From contig CBDHCY010000005.1 in assembly GCA_965261485.1 (NCBI GenBank), positions 565,763 to 629,762 of the forward strand: a DNA stretch of 64,000 nt, written 5' to 3'. This document shows positions 7,847-17,962 of this stretch, piece by piece (positions within the stretch are counted from its first letter, which is position 1; every line of letters starts with the position of its first letter). Under the pieces are notes generated by a model. It was not told where the DNA came from, made no database searches, and saw only the letters and a program-made list of their open reading frames with translations. The stretch comes from Leptospiria bacterium (lineage in GTDB: Bacteria; Spirochaetota; Leptospiria; Turneriellales; CBDBES01). A program made the position numbers and the translations under genes.

Positions 7847-10800
7847 ATGAAAAAATTAATTAGTTTTCTTGTTCAAAGAAGTATCTTAGGGAACTTATTC
7901 ACCGTTGGTGTCGTGGTGGCAGGTTTTATTGTTCTTTCAAATATGAAAAGAGAGGCCTTCCCCAATATTAATTTTAATATTATTATAATTGCTACAACCT
8001 ATCCTGGTGCTTCTCCTGAAGAAGTAGAAAAGTTAATCACAACACCTGTTGAAAGAGAAATCAAGTCAATCGATGGAATTAAAAAAAGTGCTTCAACATC
8101 AATTGAAGGGCGTTCTGGTATTGTCGTTACTCTAGAACCTGATCTTGCAAATAAAAATGCTGTAATTCAAGACATTAAAGATGCTGTGGATAGTGCTAAA
8201 ATTAATTTTCCTGAAGATGTTGAAGACCCTATTGTTACAGAGGCAAAGACAAGCAGACAAGGTGTGCTAGAGATTGCTTTAGGTACTCTAAAAAATAAAC
8301 TAAGTGAACTTGAGCTCAGAAAGTATGCTAGCCAACTATCTGATAAAATTGAACTTCTCAAAGATGTTGCAATTGTCAGTAAAAGAGGATATCGGGAAAG
8401 AGAGATTCATGTCGAAATATTCCCTGATAAATTAGAGCGATATAATATTTCAACAGATGAAATATCTACGGCCTTAAAAAATAGAAATCTAAACCTTCCC
8501 GGTGGTAATATAATAGATAAAGGTAAGGAATATGCTATTCGGACAGTCAAAGAATTTCAAAATTTAGATGAAATTAGAAATTTAACAATTAGAGCAAATG
8601 ATCTAGGAGGCACGGTCAAAATTAAAGATATTGCTTTTGTTAAAAATGATTTTGAAAATAAAAAATTAATCGAAAAAGTAGGAGGGAACGAGGCTATTAT
8701 TCTCACCGTTCTCAAAAAAGAAACAGGTGATGCGATTGACCTAGTTGATGATGTTTTTAAAGTTATTAATGATTTTAAAAAAACATCATCTACTGATCTT
8801 CGTATAGAAACATTTAATGATCTTGCCTTCTATGTAAAAAGAAGGTTAAACGTACTTGTAGGAAATATAAGCATTGGTATTATTTTAGTGATTATTTCAC
8901 TTTTCTTCTTTTTGGGTTGGCGGGTGTCTATTATGATTGCCCTGGGAATCCCTTTTTCATTTTCCATTACATTTCTTATTATGAATTATGTTGGAATTAG
9001 TATTAATCTTCTGAGTATGTTTGGTTTGGTCATTGTTTCAGGAATGATTGTTGATGATGCTATCGTTGTCGGTGAAAATATTTATCGTCATATAGAAAAA
9101 GGTCTACCTCCAGTACAAGCGGCTATTGTAGGTGCTCAAGAGATGCTTACTCCGGTTGTTGGAGCCATTAGTACAACGATCATTGCTTTTATGCCTCTTA
9201 TGTTTATGAGTGGTATTATGGGTAAATTTATCTGGATTATCCCTACTGGTGTGATCATCGCTTTAAGTGCTTCATTATTTGAAAGTTTTTTTATTTTGCC
9301 TTCACATATTGCAGATATAAGTAAAGGCGATCCAACTTTACGTAGTAATAAATTAAAAAAACAGTTAAAAAAAGAACAAAGTAAGCTAAATATTCTTTCA
9401 TTAAAAATGAAAAAGTTAGAAATAAAAATTATAAATACACTTAAAATAATTTATCTCCCAGCTCTAAAGAAAGTTCTCAAGCATCGCTATTTAGTTATGA
9501 TGTCTGTTCTTATGCTGTTTCTCATCGCTATTTTTTTTATTGGTAAAATTGGTTTTATCCTTTTTCCAAAACAAGGGATCGAAATACTGATTGTTAAAGC
9601 AGAATCTGCTGCTGGCGTTAGTCTTGATGAAATGAGCTCAAGAATTAAATTGATTGAGAATGCGGTGCTTAATCTTAAAAAAAATGAACTAGATAATTTT
9701 AGTAGCCGTGTGGGCATTCACCAAAAAGACCCCAATGATCCTTTTACTAAAAGGGGAAAAAATTACGCTCAAGTTAATATTTATCTTACTCCTGAGCAAA
9801 ATCGTGTAAGAAATTCAAAAGAAATTATCAGCTACTTGAAAAGAAAGCTTGATGAAAAAAAACCTATTTACTCATTCTATCCGATTTCTGAAAAGAATAA
9901 AAATTCTTACTTGCTTGTTAATAATTCATCTGAAATTCAGTGGATTGATACAGAAAAACCGAGTCAAAATTATCGCCAAGAGAAAGTAAATGAAGATTTT
10001 TTACTTGGAGGAGGGCTTTTGTTAGATGGACAAACATTTTTAGGTTATTCAGGTAAAAATGAGCTTTTTCAATTTGATTTAAAAACTAAAAAAAATATTT
10101 TTTCAAAAAAAGTTTATCTCAAAAAAGGAGATGCTGTTGTTAAATTTTTATATGAACCAAATAAAAATTTAGCTGCTTTTTATACTGAAAAAAATTATCT
10201 CTATCAAATAGATCCTAAAAATGCCCTAAACAAGAAGGTAAAACTTTATTCTAAAAAAATTACATCAATAAACTTTATCAAAGAAGAAAACTTACTTATT
10301 GTGAGTAGCGAAAATGGAGTAGATATATGGGAATATTTACAGGGTAATCTTATACTTAGAGAATCTCTCACGCAAGCTACTAAATATTCTTATACAAATC
10401 AGAAGTTTATACCAAATAAAAAAAGAAACTTAGAAAGAGTTGAAGAGGTGGTGTATAATGCAAAAGAGAGGCTTCTTCTATTGAATACATTTAAAGGAAT
10501 AATTCGTATATATGATGTTGCTCAAAGAAAATTTATTAGATACTATCGACCGTCTAATCAGCCTATCTTTTGGTCGATGATTGATTTTGAAAATTCAGAC
10601 TATATATGGTATTCTATAAAAAATCAACTTCTATGTTTTGATCGAAAAGAAGAGAAAAATATTTATAAAATCAATCTTGTTGGTACGATTCAAAAAGCAT
10701 TAGTAAACGAAAAAAAATCTGAAACATTATTATTCGCCACATTTGGTTCAATTCTCAAAATTAATCATAAAAATTCTACTGTAAAGATACTTAAAAAGGG

Positions 10801-11989
10801 TAAGCAAATTTTTAAAAAATTAGATTATGAACAATTAGGGGGAGGGCCTCCTGTAGGTGCTCCTGTTCAAGTTGAGGTGCGTGGTGACAATTTTGAAACC
10901 TCACTTAAAATTATTGAAAAAATTAAAAATATTTTATATACCATCGATGGTGTATATGATATTAAAGACAATTGGGAGAAAAACAAGGAAGAATTTCATG
11001 TACGTGTTAATGAAGAACGAGCAGCCATTGCAGGAATTAGTATCGCCCAATTAGGTAGAAGCCTACAAACAGCATTTGAGGGAAGTATTGTAACTTCAGT
11101 TAAAAAAGCAGATGAAGAAATTAATATTCGAGTTGTTTTTTCTAAATCTCTTCGAGAAAAACTCTCTTCTTTAAAAAAAGTTAAGATTCGAAATAAATAT
11201 GGCAGTCTTGTACCGATCACAGAGCTCGCCACTTTTGTTAAAAAGTCAGGTGTCCCTTTAATCTCTCACACTAATTTTCGTCGAACAATTTATGTTCAAG
11301 CAAATCTTGATGAAGAAAAAACAAATTCAGTGAATGTGAATACTCAGGTTTTACAACAAATACGTACTCTCGCTAAAAATAATCCAGGGTATGAAATTAT
11401 TACTGGTGGAGAATATGAAGATACACAAGAATCATTAAATGCTTTAGGTTTTTCTGCTCTAATTGCCCTTTTAGGAATTGGAATGATTTTAGTCTTTTTA
11501 TTTGGAAATTTGAGAGCTCCACGCGTGATCATGTCAGCAATTCCATTAGGCTTAATTGGAGTCTCATTTGCTTTCTTTTTCCATCGAATAACTTTTCAGC
11601 CTGAACTAACTTTTAGTTTTTTAGCAACGATGGGTATAGTGGGCCTCTCAGGTGTTGTTGTCAATGATTCAATTGTAATGGTTGATTTCATACAAAAACT
11701 TCGTAATTCTGGTTTAGCTAAAATGGATGCGATTATTGGGGGGTGTTTGTCACGTCTTCGCCCTGTTCTTTTAACAACACTTACAACTACATTTGGATTA
11801 TTGCCCACAGCTTATGGAATTGGTGGTGATGACCCATTTTTAAAACCAATGGCACTTGCCTTATCTTGGGGTTTAGCTTTCGCTTCGTTAATTACTTTAT
11901 TTATAACACCAGTATATTATGCTATCTGGGAAGAAAAAGGCTTAATTTTTCATCAGGTTAAAACAGTGATTCCTGGTATTAAATCTTAG
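7847..11989 (+). CDS. RND (AcrB/AcrD/AcrF family) permease with inserted beta-propeller domain
   Basis: YPGASPEEVE, GMIVDDAIVVGENI (TM4), GVVVNDSIVMVD, RLRPVLLTTLTT; about 315 extra residues (673-987). Confidence 0.93.
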   Translation: MKKLISFLVQRSILGNLFTVGVVVAGFIVLSNMKREAFPNINFNIIIIATTYPGASPEEVEKLITTPVEREIKSIDGIKKSASTSIEGRSGIVVTLEPDLANKNAVIQDIKDAVDSAKINFPEDVEDPIVTEAKTSRQGVLEIALGTLKNKLSELELRKYASQLSDKIELLKDVAIVSKRGYREREIHVEIFPDKLERYNISTDEISTALKNRNLNLPGGNIIDKGKEYAIRTVKEFQNLDEIRNLTIRANDLGGTVKIKDIAFVKNDFENKKLIEKVGGNEAIILTVLKKETGDAIDLVDDVFKVINDFKKTSSTDLRIETFNDLAFYVKRRLNVLVGNISIGIILVIISLFFFLGWRVSIMIALGIPFSFSITFLIMNYVGISINLLSMFGLVIVSGMIVDDAIVVGENIYRHIEKGLPPVQAAIVGAQEMLTPVVGAISTTIIAFMPLMFMSGIMGKFIWIIPTGVIIALSASLFESFFILPSHIADISKGDPTLRSNKLKKQLKKEQSKLNILSLKMKKLEIKIINTLKIIYLPALKKVLKHRYLVMMSVLMLFLIAIFFIGKIGFILFPKQGIEILIVKAESAAGVSLDEMSSRIKLIENAVLNLKKNELDNFSSRVGIHQKDPNDPFTKRGKNYAQVNIYLTPEQNRVRNSKEIISYLKRKLDEKKPIYSFYPISEKNKNSYLLVNNSSEIQWIDTEKPSQNYRQEKVNEDFLLGGGLLLDGQTFLGYSGKNELFQFDLKTKKNIFSKKVYLKKGDAVVKFLYEPNKNLAAFYTEKNYLYQIDPKNALNKKVKLYSKKITSINFIKEENLLIVSSENGVDIWEYLQGNLILRESLTQATKYSYTNQKFIPNKKRNLERVEEVVYNAKERLLLLNTFKGIIRIYDVAQRKFIRYYRPSNQPIFWSMIDFENSDYIWYSIKNQLLCFDRKEEKNIYKINLVGTIQKALVNEKKSETLLFATFGSILKINHKNSTVKILKKGKQIFKKLDYEQLGGGPPVGAPVQVEVRGDNFETSLKIIEKIKNILYTIDGVYDIKDNWEKNKEEFHVRVNEERAAIAGISIAQLGRSLQTAFEGSIVTSVKKADEEINIRVVFSKSLREKLSSLKKVKIRNKYGSLVPITELATFVKKSGVPLISHTNFRRTIYVQANLDEEKTNSVNVNTQVLQQIRTLAKNNPGYEIITGGEYEDTQESLNALGFSALIALLGIGMILVFLFGNLRAPRVIMSAIPLGLIGVSFAFFFHRITFQPELTFSFLATMGIVGLSGVVVNDSIVMVDFIQKLRNSGLAKMDAIIGGCLSRLRPVLLTTLTTTFGLLPTAYGIGGDDPFLKPMALALSWGLAFASLITLFITPVYYAIWEEKGLIFHQVKTVIPGIKS

Positions 11990-12829
11990 TTGATAAAGAT
12001 GAAAAATATGAATAATAAACAAACTTCCAGCAGTAAAAAAATAGTAAGCTCAAAAAAAATAAAAGTAAATCAAAAGATAGAAAATGCATCCATCTCTATA
12101 GAAGAAATTGATAAATTTGAAAATCAAAATCTAAAGATTGATTTAAAAGTTTTAAAAAAACTAGATTATGATGATATTCAAGAAATTTATCAAATTTTTA
12201 ATGATATAGATGATGAAGATTCAAAGGCCATTGTTAGAAAGGCTATGGAAACAATTAAACCACCAGATATTGAAATAGCAAAAATTAGTCATAGAATATG
12301 GACATATTTTTATGAAAAACTTATTTTACGTATTGCATTTTTCATTTGGTTTTTACAATTAAATTTTTTAAAGAATATATTTTCATTTGAAATTTCTTTT
12401 TCTCCTAATTTTGATACTTCTAATATTCCTAGTATTTTTAAAAAGGTCTTATTTTCAAATTCAGGGAGCCATTTGATTTTAGGTGGCATAATCTTTTTAT
12501 TGGGCTTTATTTGTCTTTGGGTAATTTGGAAAATTTGGCTTGCTTATTTAGAATCACGGTACAATAAAAATCATTCAGGTTCAACATTCCTAAGAAGAAA
12601 GGTCGGTTTAATTGTGGTCGACAAAAAAGGAGAGACTATTGGTTGGCTTCGAGTTTTTTTAAGAGGACTATTTAGAATACCTATTGTATCCATGATTATG
12701 ATTATTTCAATGGAATTATCTGATAAGCAACGAGGTTTACACGATAAAGTTTTTGGAACCTACGTTCTTCGGCTTCATAAAGATTTAACTTCCCAAGAAA
12801 TTGCCTTTTTTATTACACAAAATTATTGA
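11990..12829 (+). CDS. RDD family membrane protein
   Basis: RIWTYFYE, GSTFLRRKVGLIVVD, RVFLR, RGLHDKVFGTYV match the RDD pattern; start may be ATG 11999. Confidence 0.75.
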   Translation: MIKMKNMNNKQTSSSKKIVSSKKIKVNQKIENASISIEEIDKFENQNLKIDLKVLKKLDYDDIQEIYQIFNDIDDEDSKAIVRKAMETIKPPDIEIAKISHRIWTYFYEKLILRIAFFIWFLQLNFLKNIFSFEISFSPNFDTSNIPSIFKKVLFSNSGSHLILGGIIFLLGFICLWVIWKIWLAYLESRYNKNHSGSTFLRRKVGLIVVDKKGETIGWLRVFLRGLFRIPIVSMIMIISMELSDKQRGLHDKVFGTYVLRLHKDLTSQEIAFFITQNY

Positions 12830-12830
12830 T

Positions 12831-13877
12831 TTAAAGAACGATCATAGCGTCTCCATAAGAAAGAAATCGATATTTTTTTTGAAGAGCATGTTGATAAATC
12901 TGTTTTAAAAAAGGTATGGGAACCATACAACCCATTAAGTAGGCTAGACTAGAGTTTGGTAGGTGAAAATTTGTGATTAGAATATTTGCTGTTTTAATCT
13001 GTTCAGGTGGAAATAAAAAAAGATCGGTCTCTCCCATAAGAGAGTGATTAAATTGACCTTGTGTTTTTCGATGAACTGTTTCTAAAACTCTAAGAGCGGT
13101 GGTACCCACGACCACAAGTCTTGAATATTCTTTTCTTTTAAGGGTATCTGCTGTTTTTTGTGGAATTAGGTAATATTCAGAGTGGAGTTGTTTATCTTTA
13201 AAATTTTTTTTTTGAAGGGGTGCGAAAGTCCCATAACCAATGTTAAGAGTTACTTCTTCAAATCTTATTTTTTTATTTTTAATTTTATTAAATAATTCAT
13301 GAGTAAAATGGAGAGAGGCTGTTGGTGAGGCAGCAGAACCATAATTTTTAGCGAATATACTTTGATAGTTTTCTTTATCGCTATTCTCAGAAAATCTCTT
13401 TAAATAAGGAGGAATCGGCATACTACCAAAATTCTCAAAATCTTTAAGAGATAAAGGGAAGGGTTCCTCTAATCTTAACTCATTATTTTTTAATCGTTTA
13501 AATTTAAATATAATTTTTTTTTTATTGTATAGTTTATTGTATATAATAAGCCTTTCACCATCTACTAAACGACTTGATTTGTTAATGAGTATTTTCCACC
13601 AATAAAAATTATTAGGGTCTTTATTTAAAAAAATACATTCATGTTTACCTTTTGTTACTTCCCTTTCTAAAAGCACTCTAGCCGAAAAAACTTTTGTATT
13701 ATTCAAGATTAAAAGATCATCTTTTTGTAAAAGAGATGGTAGATCATAAAAGTTGAGATCTCTTATTGTTTTCTTATTTTTATGAGCTACCAATAAACGA
13801 GAATGATCTCTTGGATTTACAGGATAAGATGCAATGAGATTGGATGGAATTTTAAAATCTTTTAATATTTCTTCCAT
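12831..13877 (-). CDS. queA: S-adenosylmethionine:tRNA ribosyltransferase-isomerase
   Basis: RDHSRLLV, NNTKV, PIPPYLKR, GSAASPTASLHFT, VGTT, TNFHLPNS, YRFLSYGDAM. Confidence 0.96.
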   Translation of the reverse strand: MEEILKDFKIPSNLIASYPVNPRDHSRLLVAHKNKKTIRDLNFYDLPSLLQKDDLLILNNTKVFSARVLLEREVTKGKHECIFLNKDPNNFYWWKILINKSSRLVDGERLIIYNKLYNKKKIIFKFKRLKNNELRLEEPFPLSLKDFENFGSMPIPPYLKRFSENSDKENYQSIFAKNYGSAASPTASLHFTHELFNKIKNKKIRFEEVTLNIGYGTFAPLQKKNFKDKQLHSEYYLIPQKTADTLKRKEYSRLVVVGTTALRVLETVHRKTQGQFNHSLMGETDLFLFPPEQIKTANILITNFHLPNSSLAYLMGCMVPIPFLKQIYQHALQKKYRFLSYGDAMIVL

Positions 13878-14081
13878 TTAAATCAGGCTATCCATTAGAG
13901 AAGAGATTCTTTTTTTTATTTTATTACAGCAAGCTTATTTTATTTTTTTACTAATTTAAACTCAAATATTTTTTTAAAGAGTGAAGCTCATTCTTGTGTT
14001 TCAAAACAAAACTTAGATATAATAGATTCAATACAAGAAAATAATCTTGTATTGATATCTACTTCATAGATATTGGTGTCA

Positions 14082-15350
14082 ATGTCTGTAAATTTAATTT
14101 TAGGCACTCAATGGGGTGATGAGGGTAAAGCGAAGATTATTGATTATATGGCAGGCTCAGCCAATGTTGTTGTTCGTTATCAAGGTGGTGCTAATGCTGG
14201 TCATACTGTTAAAACATCAGGCAAAAAATATATTTTTCATTTAATACCCTCCGGTATACTATATCCCAACGTTATTTGCATATTAGGTGGAGGAATGGTT
14301 ATTGATCCTGATGCTTTTTTATCAGAAGTTGAGATGCTCAAAAAACAAGGAATTGTAGTTGATTCTAGAATTAGAATTGCTGATAATGCACATTTACTTT
14401 TACCTTATCATAAACTTATTGATGCTAAAATTGAAACTTTGAATGAAAAATTAGTCATTGGTACCACTAAAAAGGGTATTGGAGCTTGTTATAGTGACAA
14501 AATTAATCGTTGGGGAATCCGTTTAGGTGATTTATTAGATGAAAATTTTTATGATAATCGTCTTACCGCTCTATTAGAACGTAAAAATTATATATTAAAA
14601 AATATGTATGACCTTGAGCCAATTGATCTGAAAAAAATAAAGGCTTATTTGCGAGAGATTGCTAAAAAACTAGAACCCTTTTTATTTAATGTTGCCTATT
14701 ATTTAGACATTGAAATATCAGGAGGTCGAAATATTTTATTAGAGGGCGCTCAAGGAACAATGTTAGATATTGATCATGGAACTTATCCCTACGTAACGAG
14801 TTCAAATCCAACTGTTGGGGGTGCGTTGATTGGGAGTGGTATTCAATATCAAAAACTTGACCAAGTTATTGGAATTACAAAAGCTTATACAACTCGTGTT
14901 GGAGAGGGGCCTTTTCCTACTGAAGAGCATGGAAAAATTGCTGATAAAATTAGAGAGATAGGGAAGGAATATGGCTCAACAACAGGGAGATCTCGAAGAT
15001 GTGGTTGGTTTGATGTTGAGTTAATTAAACACTCTAGACGCATCAATGGTCTGTCATGCATCGCTCTCACAAAAATAGATGTTTTTGATAGTTTTGATTC
15101 TATAAAAGTTTGTATTGGTTATGAATGGAAAGGGAAGCGTATTGATTATTTTCCTTCTTTCTCTCAAGATCAAATAAAACCAGTTTATGAAGAAGTGCCC
15201 GGCTGGGGAGAATCTATCACACATTGCAGAAAATTAAGTGATTTACCTAAAAATGCACGAAAATATGTTCAAATGTTAGAAAAATTTTGTAGCACGCCTA
15301 TTAAGTGGATATCAGTAGGCCCTTCTCGAGAAGAAACTATTCAATTGTAA
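14082..15350 (+). CDS. purA: Adenylosuccinate synthetase
   Basis: GTQWGDEGKAK, QGGANAGHT, EGAQG, TRVGEGPFPTE, TTGRSRRCGW. Confidence 0.98.
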   Translation: MSVNLILGTQWGDEGKAKIIDYMAGSANVVVRYQGGANAGHTVKTSGKKYIFHLIPSGILYPNVICILGGGMVIDPDAFLSEVEMLKKQGIVVDSRIRIADNAHLLLPYHKLIDAKIETLNEKLVIGTTKKGIGACYSDKINRWGIRLGDLLDENFYDNRLTALLERKNYILKNMYDLEPIDLKKIKAYLREIAKKLEPFLFNVAYYLDIEISGGRNILLEGAQGTMLDIDHGTYPYVTSSNPTVGGALIGSGIQYQKLDQVIGITKAYTTRVGEGPFPTEEHGKIADKIREIGKEYGSTTGRSRRCGWFDVELIKHSRRINGLSCIALTKIDVFDSFDSIKVCIGYEWKGKRIDYFPSFSQDQIKPVYEEVPGWGESITHCRKLSDLPKNARKYVQMLEKFCSTPIKWISVGPSREETIQL

Positions 15351-15359
15351 ATCACTTCT

Positions 15360-15914
15360 TTGAGACCTTATGAGTTATTTGCAAGCAAGTTCTTCACAAT
15401 TTCAAATATTCTTTCACTATGTCGTGTATTACTTATTCCTATTTTTTGGTACTTTGTTGCTCCTAATACCTTTACTGTAAATTCTAACTTTTATTTACTC
15501 ATTGTAGTGGGTCTTATGGTATTGACTGATTTTTTAGACGGGTTTATCGCTAGAAAATTGGGGCAGGAGACTCCTTTAGGTCAATATCTTGATCCGATAG
15601 CTGATAAAATAGCGATTATAGGTTCTTTGAGTTTACTTTGCTATTACCGTAATTATCCAAAATGGATCATTTTTTTTATAGTTGCAAGAGAACTACTTGG
15701 AATTTGGTTAGGAATTTTTCTTTTTATTAAAAAGGATGTACTGGGTAAACCAAATTATTGGGGTAAAATAGGTGTTGTACTTGTTGCATTATCAGGAGTT
15801 TTTTATATTCTGCAATGGCCATATAAAGACATAATTAATATTTTAGTTTTTATTGTTTGGTCTGGAGGAATAATTGCTTACGGAAAAAAATATTGGAAAA
15901 CCGTGTTTAAGTGA
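15360..15914 (+). CDS. CDP-alcohol phosphatidyltransferase (PgsA-like)
   Basis: TDFLDGFIARKLGQETPLGQYLDPIADK signature. Confidence 0.9.
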   Translation: MRPYELFASKFFTISNILSLCRVLLIPIFWYFVAPNTFTVNSNFYLLIVVGLMVLTDFLDGFIARKLGQETPLGQYLDPIADKIAIIGSLSLLCYYRNYPKWIIFFIVARELLGIWLGIFLFIKKDVLGKPNYWGKIGVVLVALSGVFYILQWPYKDIINILVFIVWSGGIIAYGKKYWKTVFK

Positions 15915-16591
15915 ATAAGTTAAATACAACAGTGGCAGTACCTTCAATAGAAAACAAACTTGCTACAATTCTTAAAAAACAATCTTTTTTTTCTCCTTAT
16001 GTCATTCCTTTTGATCAAACATCTTTTCCAATTGATATACGTAGTGAATATCCAGGGTATATTAACTATATTTTAGAAATTGGTTCTGGTTGGGGTGAAT
16101 TTGCAGTATATTTGGCCAAAAAATCTTCTGATAATATTATTTTTGCCCTTGAAAAAAAAAAGAAAAGGGTAATAAGTGCTGAAAAATCTCAAAAAAAAGA
16201 GTCTCTTCAAAATATAAGATGGATGATTATTGATATTAATTGGTTTTTTGATGAAATTTTTTATAGAGACTCATTTGATAAAATTATTATTAACTTTCCT
16301 GATCCTTGGCCTAAAAAAAAACATCATAAACATCGCTTTATGAATGAAGCTTTAGTCAAATCGTTAAATTTTATTACAAAGAAAGGTGCTATTTTTGAAT
16401 TTGTTTCTGATAGTTGGTCATATATTGAAGAATCTATTTCTTTCTTAGAAAAATCAGAATATTGGGACAATAAATATGGAAAAGGTGTTGTACTTCGAGA
16501 GATTGGAGAAAGAATGTGTACTTTTTATGAAAAAATACAAAAAGAAAATGGTCGAAATATATATTATCTGCAGTATAAGAAAGTATTATGA
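15911..16591 (+). CDS. trmB: tRNA (guanine-N7)-methyltransferase
   Basis: LEIGSGWG, NFPDPWPKKKHHKHR, TFYE. Confidence 0.92.
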   Translation: MNKLNTTVAVPSIENKLATILKKQSFFSPYVIPFDQTSFPIDIRSEYPGYINYILEIGSGWGEFAVYLAKKSSDNIIFALEKKKKRVISAEKSQKKESLQNIRWMIIDINWFFDEIFYRDSFDKIIINFPDPWPKKKHHKHRFMNEALVKSLNFITKKGAIFEFVSDSWSYIEESISFLEKSEYWDNKYGKGVVLREIGERMCTFYEKIQKENGRNIYYLQYKKVL

Positions 16592-17112
16592 CAATATTAT
16601 TAGGAGTTTCTGGTTCAATCGCACTTTATAGATCGTGTGAATTAGTTAGGTGTCTTACAAAAAATGGTTATTCTGTACGTGTGGCGATGACTCGAACCGC
16701 TGAGCAGTGGATATCGCCCACTTTGTTTGGAGCTCTCTCTAATGAAATTGTCTACACAAATCGTAGCTATCAAAGTATGCCTCATATTGATATTCGAAAA
16801 GATTGTGACTTGTTTCTTATTGCTCCTGCCACTGCACATTTAATCGCAAAAGCAGCTTGTGGTATGGCTGATGATATATTAAGCACAACCTTACTTTCTT
16901 TTTCAGGCGAGGTGTGGTTTGCTCCTGCTATGAATCCAAGTATGTATAATCATGTTATTGTGCAAAAAAATATCTTGACACTTAAAAAATCGGGCTATAA
17001 GATATTAGAACCTATTTCGGGTGAAACTGTTTGCGGAGATATCGGAGAAGGTAAAATGATGCTTATTAATGATATTGTTCAGAATATTAAAAGATGGAGA
17101 GCCGCTCGATAA
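16588..17112 (+). CDS. coaC: Phosphopantothenoylcysteine decarboxylase (stand-alone CoaC flavoprotein)
   Basis: LLGVSGSIA, APATAHLIAK, APAMNPSMY, CGDIGEGKM; no CoaB domain follows. Confidence 0.82.
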   Translation: MTILLGVSGSIALYRSCELVRCLTKNGYSVRVAMTRTAEQWISPTLFGALSNEIVYTNRSYQSMPHIDIRKDCDLFLIAPATAHLIAKAACGMADDILSTTLLSFSGEVWFAPAMNPSMYNHVIVQKNILTLKKSGYKILEPISGETVCGDIGEGKMMLINDIVQNIKRWRAAR

Positions 17113-17155
17113 AGCTTTTATTTTTAAAGATATTATTTTGGATGATATTTATCAA

Positions 17156-17959
17156 TTAAGAAATTGACAAAAACTTTTTGGGTAAATTAAGATCATCAAT
17201 GATTGCTAAATCAACTCCACATTCAAAAAAAAATTTAAGCTTTTGTTGAGAGTTTTCTCCCCAAGTAACTAAGTAGTACCCTTGTTCTTTCCATTTTTTT
17301 ATTTTTTGTTTATTTAATATTTTTGAATGTATATGAATTGAACTTGGTTTAATCATCTTTAAAAGCATATTAAGAAATCTTTCGTTAATATAATCTGATC
17401 GAATTAAAAGACCACGAGGAAAATCAGAAGCTAATTTTTTTAAATTTAGTAGTGAAAAATAGTTAAAACTACTAATAAAAACTCGCTTTTCTAAACCATA
17501 TTTTTTTATTAAATTTATTGTTTGTTTTTCAAGCTTAATCTTAAAATCAAAAAAACTTTTTTTTAATTCAATATTTGTATAACATTTAGCACCAAATTCT
17601 GAAAAATATTCATCTAGGCTAAGAATAGGAGTATGTTTTTGATTAGGCTTATGTGATCGGTATATATAGCTACCCCAATCAAGTTTTTTTAAATCTTCAT
17701 AATCATAATTTTCTAAAAAACCATTTCCAGAAGTTGTTTTATTAAGATTGGGGCCATGAAAAACAACGGGTACTCCGTCTTTAGATAAACGAATATCAAG
17801 TTCATTTATTTTAAAACCTTTTTTTAAAGAGTATCGAAATGCGGATAATGTATTTTCTGGAATATCCCCTAATTTTCCGGATCCTCTATGAGAAGCAAAT
17901 TTTATATTTCTATCAAAATTATGAAGAATATCAGGAAGTTGTTTTTCAAATTTTTTCAT
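17156..17959 (-). CDS. Glycerophosphodiester phosphodiesterase
   Basis: SHRG, PENTLSAF, ELDIRLSKDG, NIELK, ISSF. Confidence 0.92.
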   Translation of the reverse strand: MKKFEKQLPDILHNFDRNIKFASHRGSGKLGDIPENTLSAFRYSLKKGFKINELDIRLSKDGVPVVFHGPNLNKTTSGNGFLENYDYEDLKKLDWGSYIYRSHKPNQKHTPILSLDEYFSEFGAKCYTNIELKKSFFDFKIKLEKQTINLIKKYGLEKRVFISSFNYFSLLNLKKLASDFPRGLLIRSDYINERFLNMLLKMIKPSSIHIHSKILNKQKIKKWKEQGYYLVTWGENSQQKLKFFFECGVDLAIIDDLNLPKKFLSIS

Positions 17960-17962
17960 TAT

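Noticed and set aside
9863-10807. RND insert as an intein or mobile element
   Set aside because: No Cys/Ser start with His-Asn end, no LAGLIDADG motifs and no terminal repeats; periplasmic location
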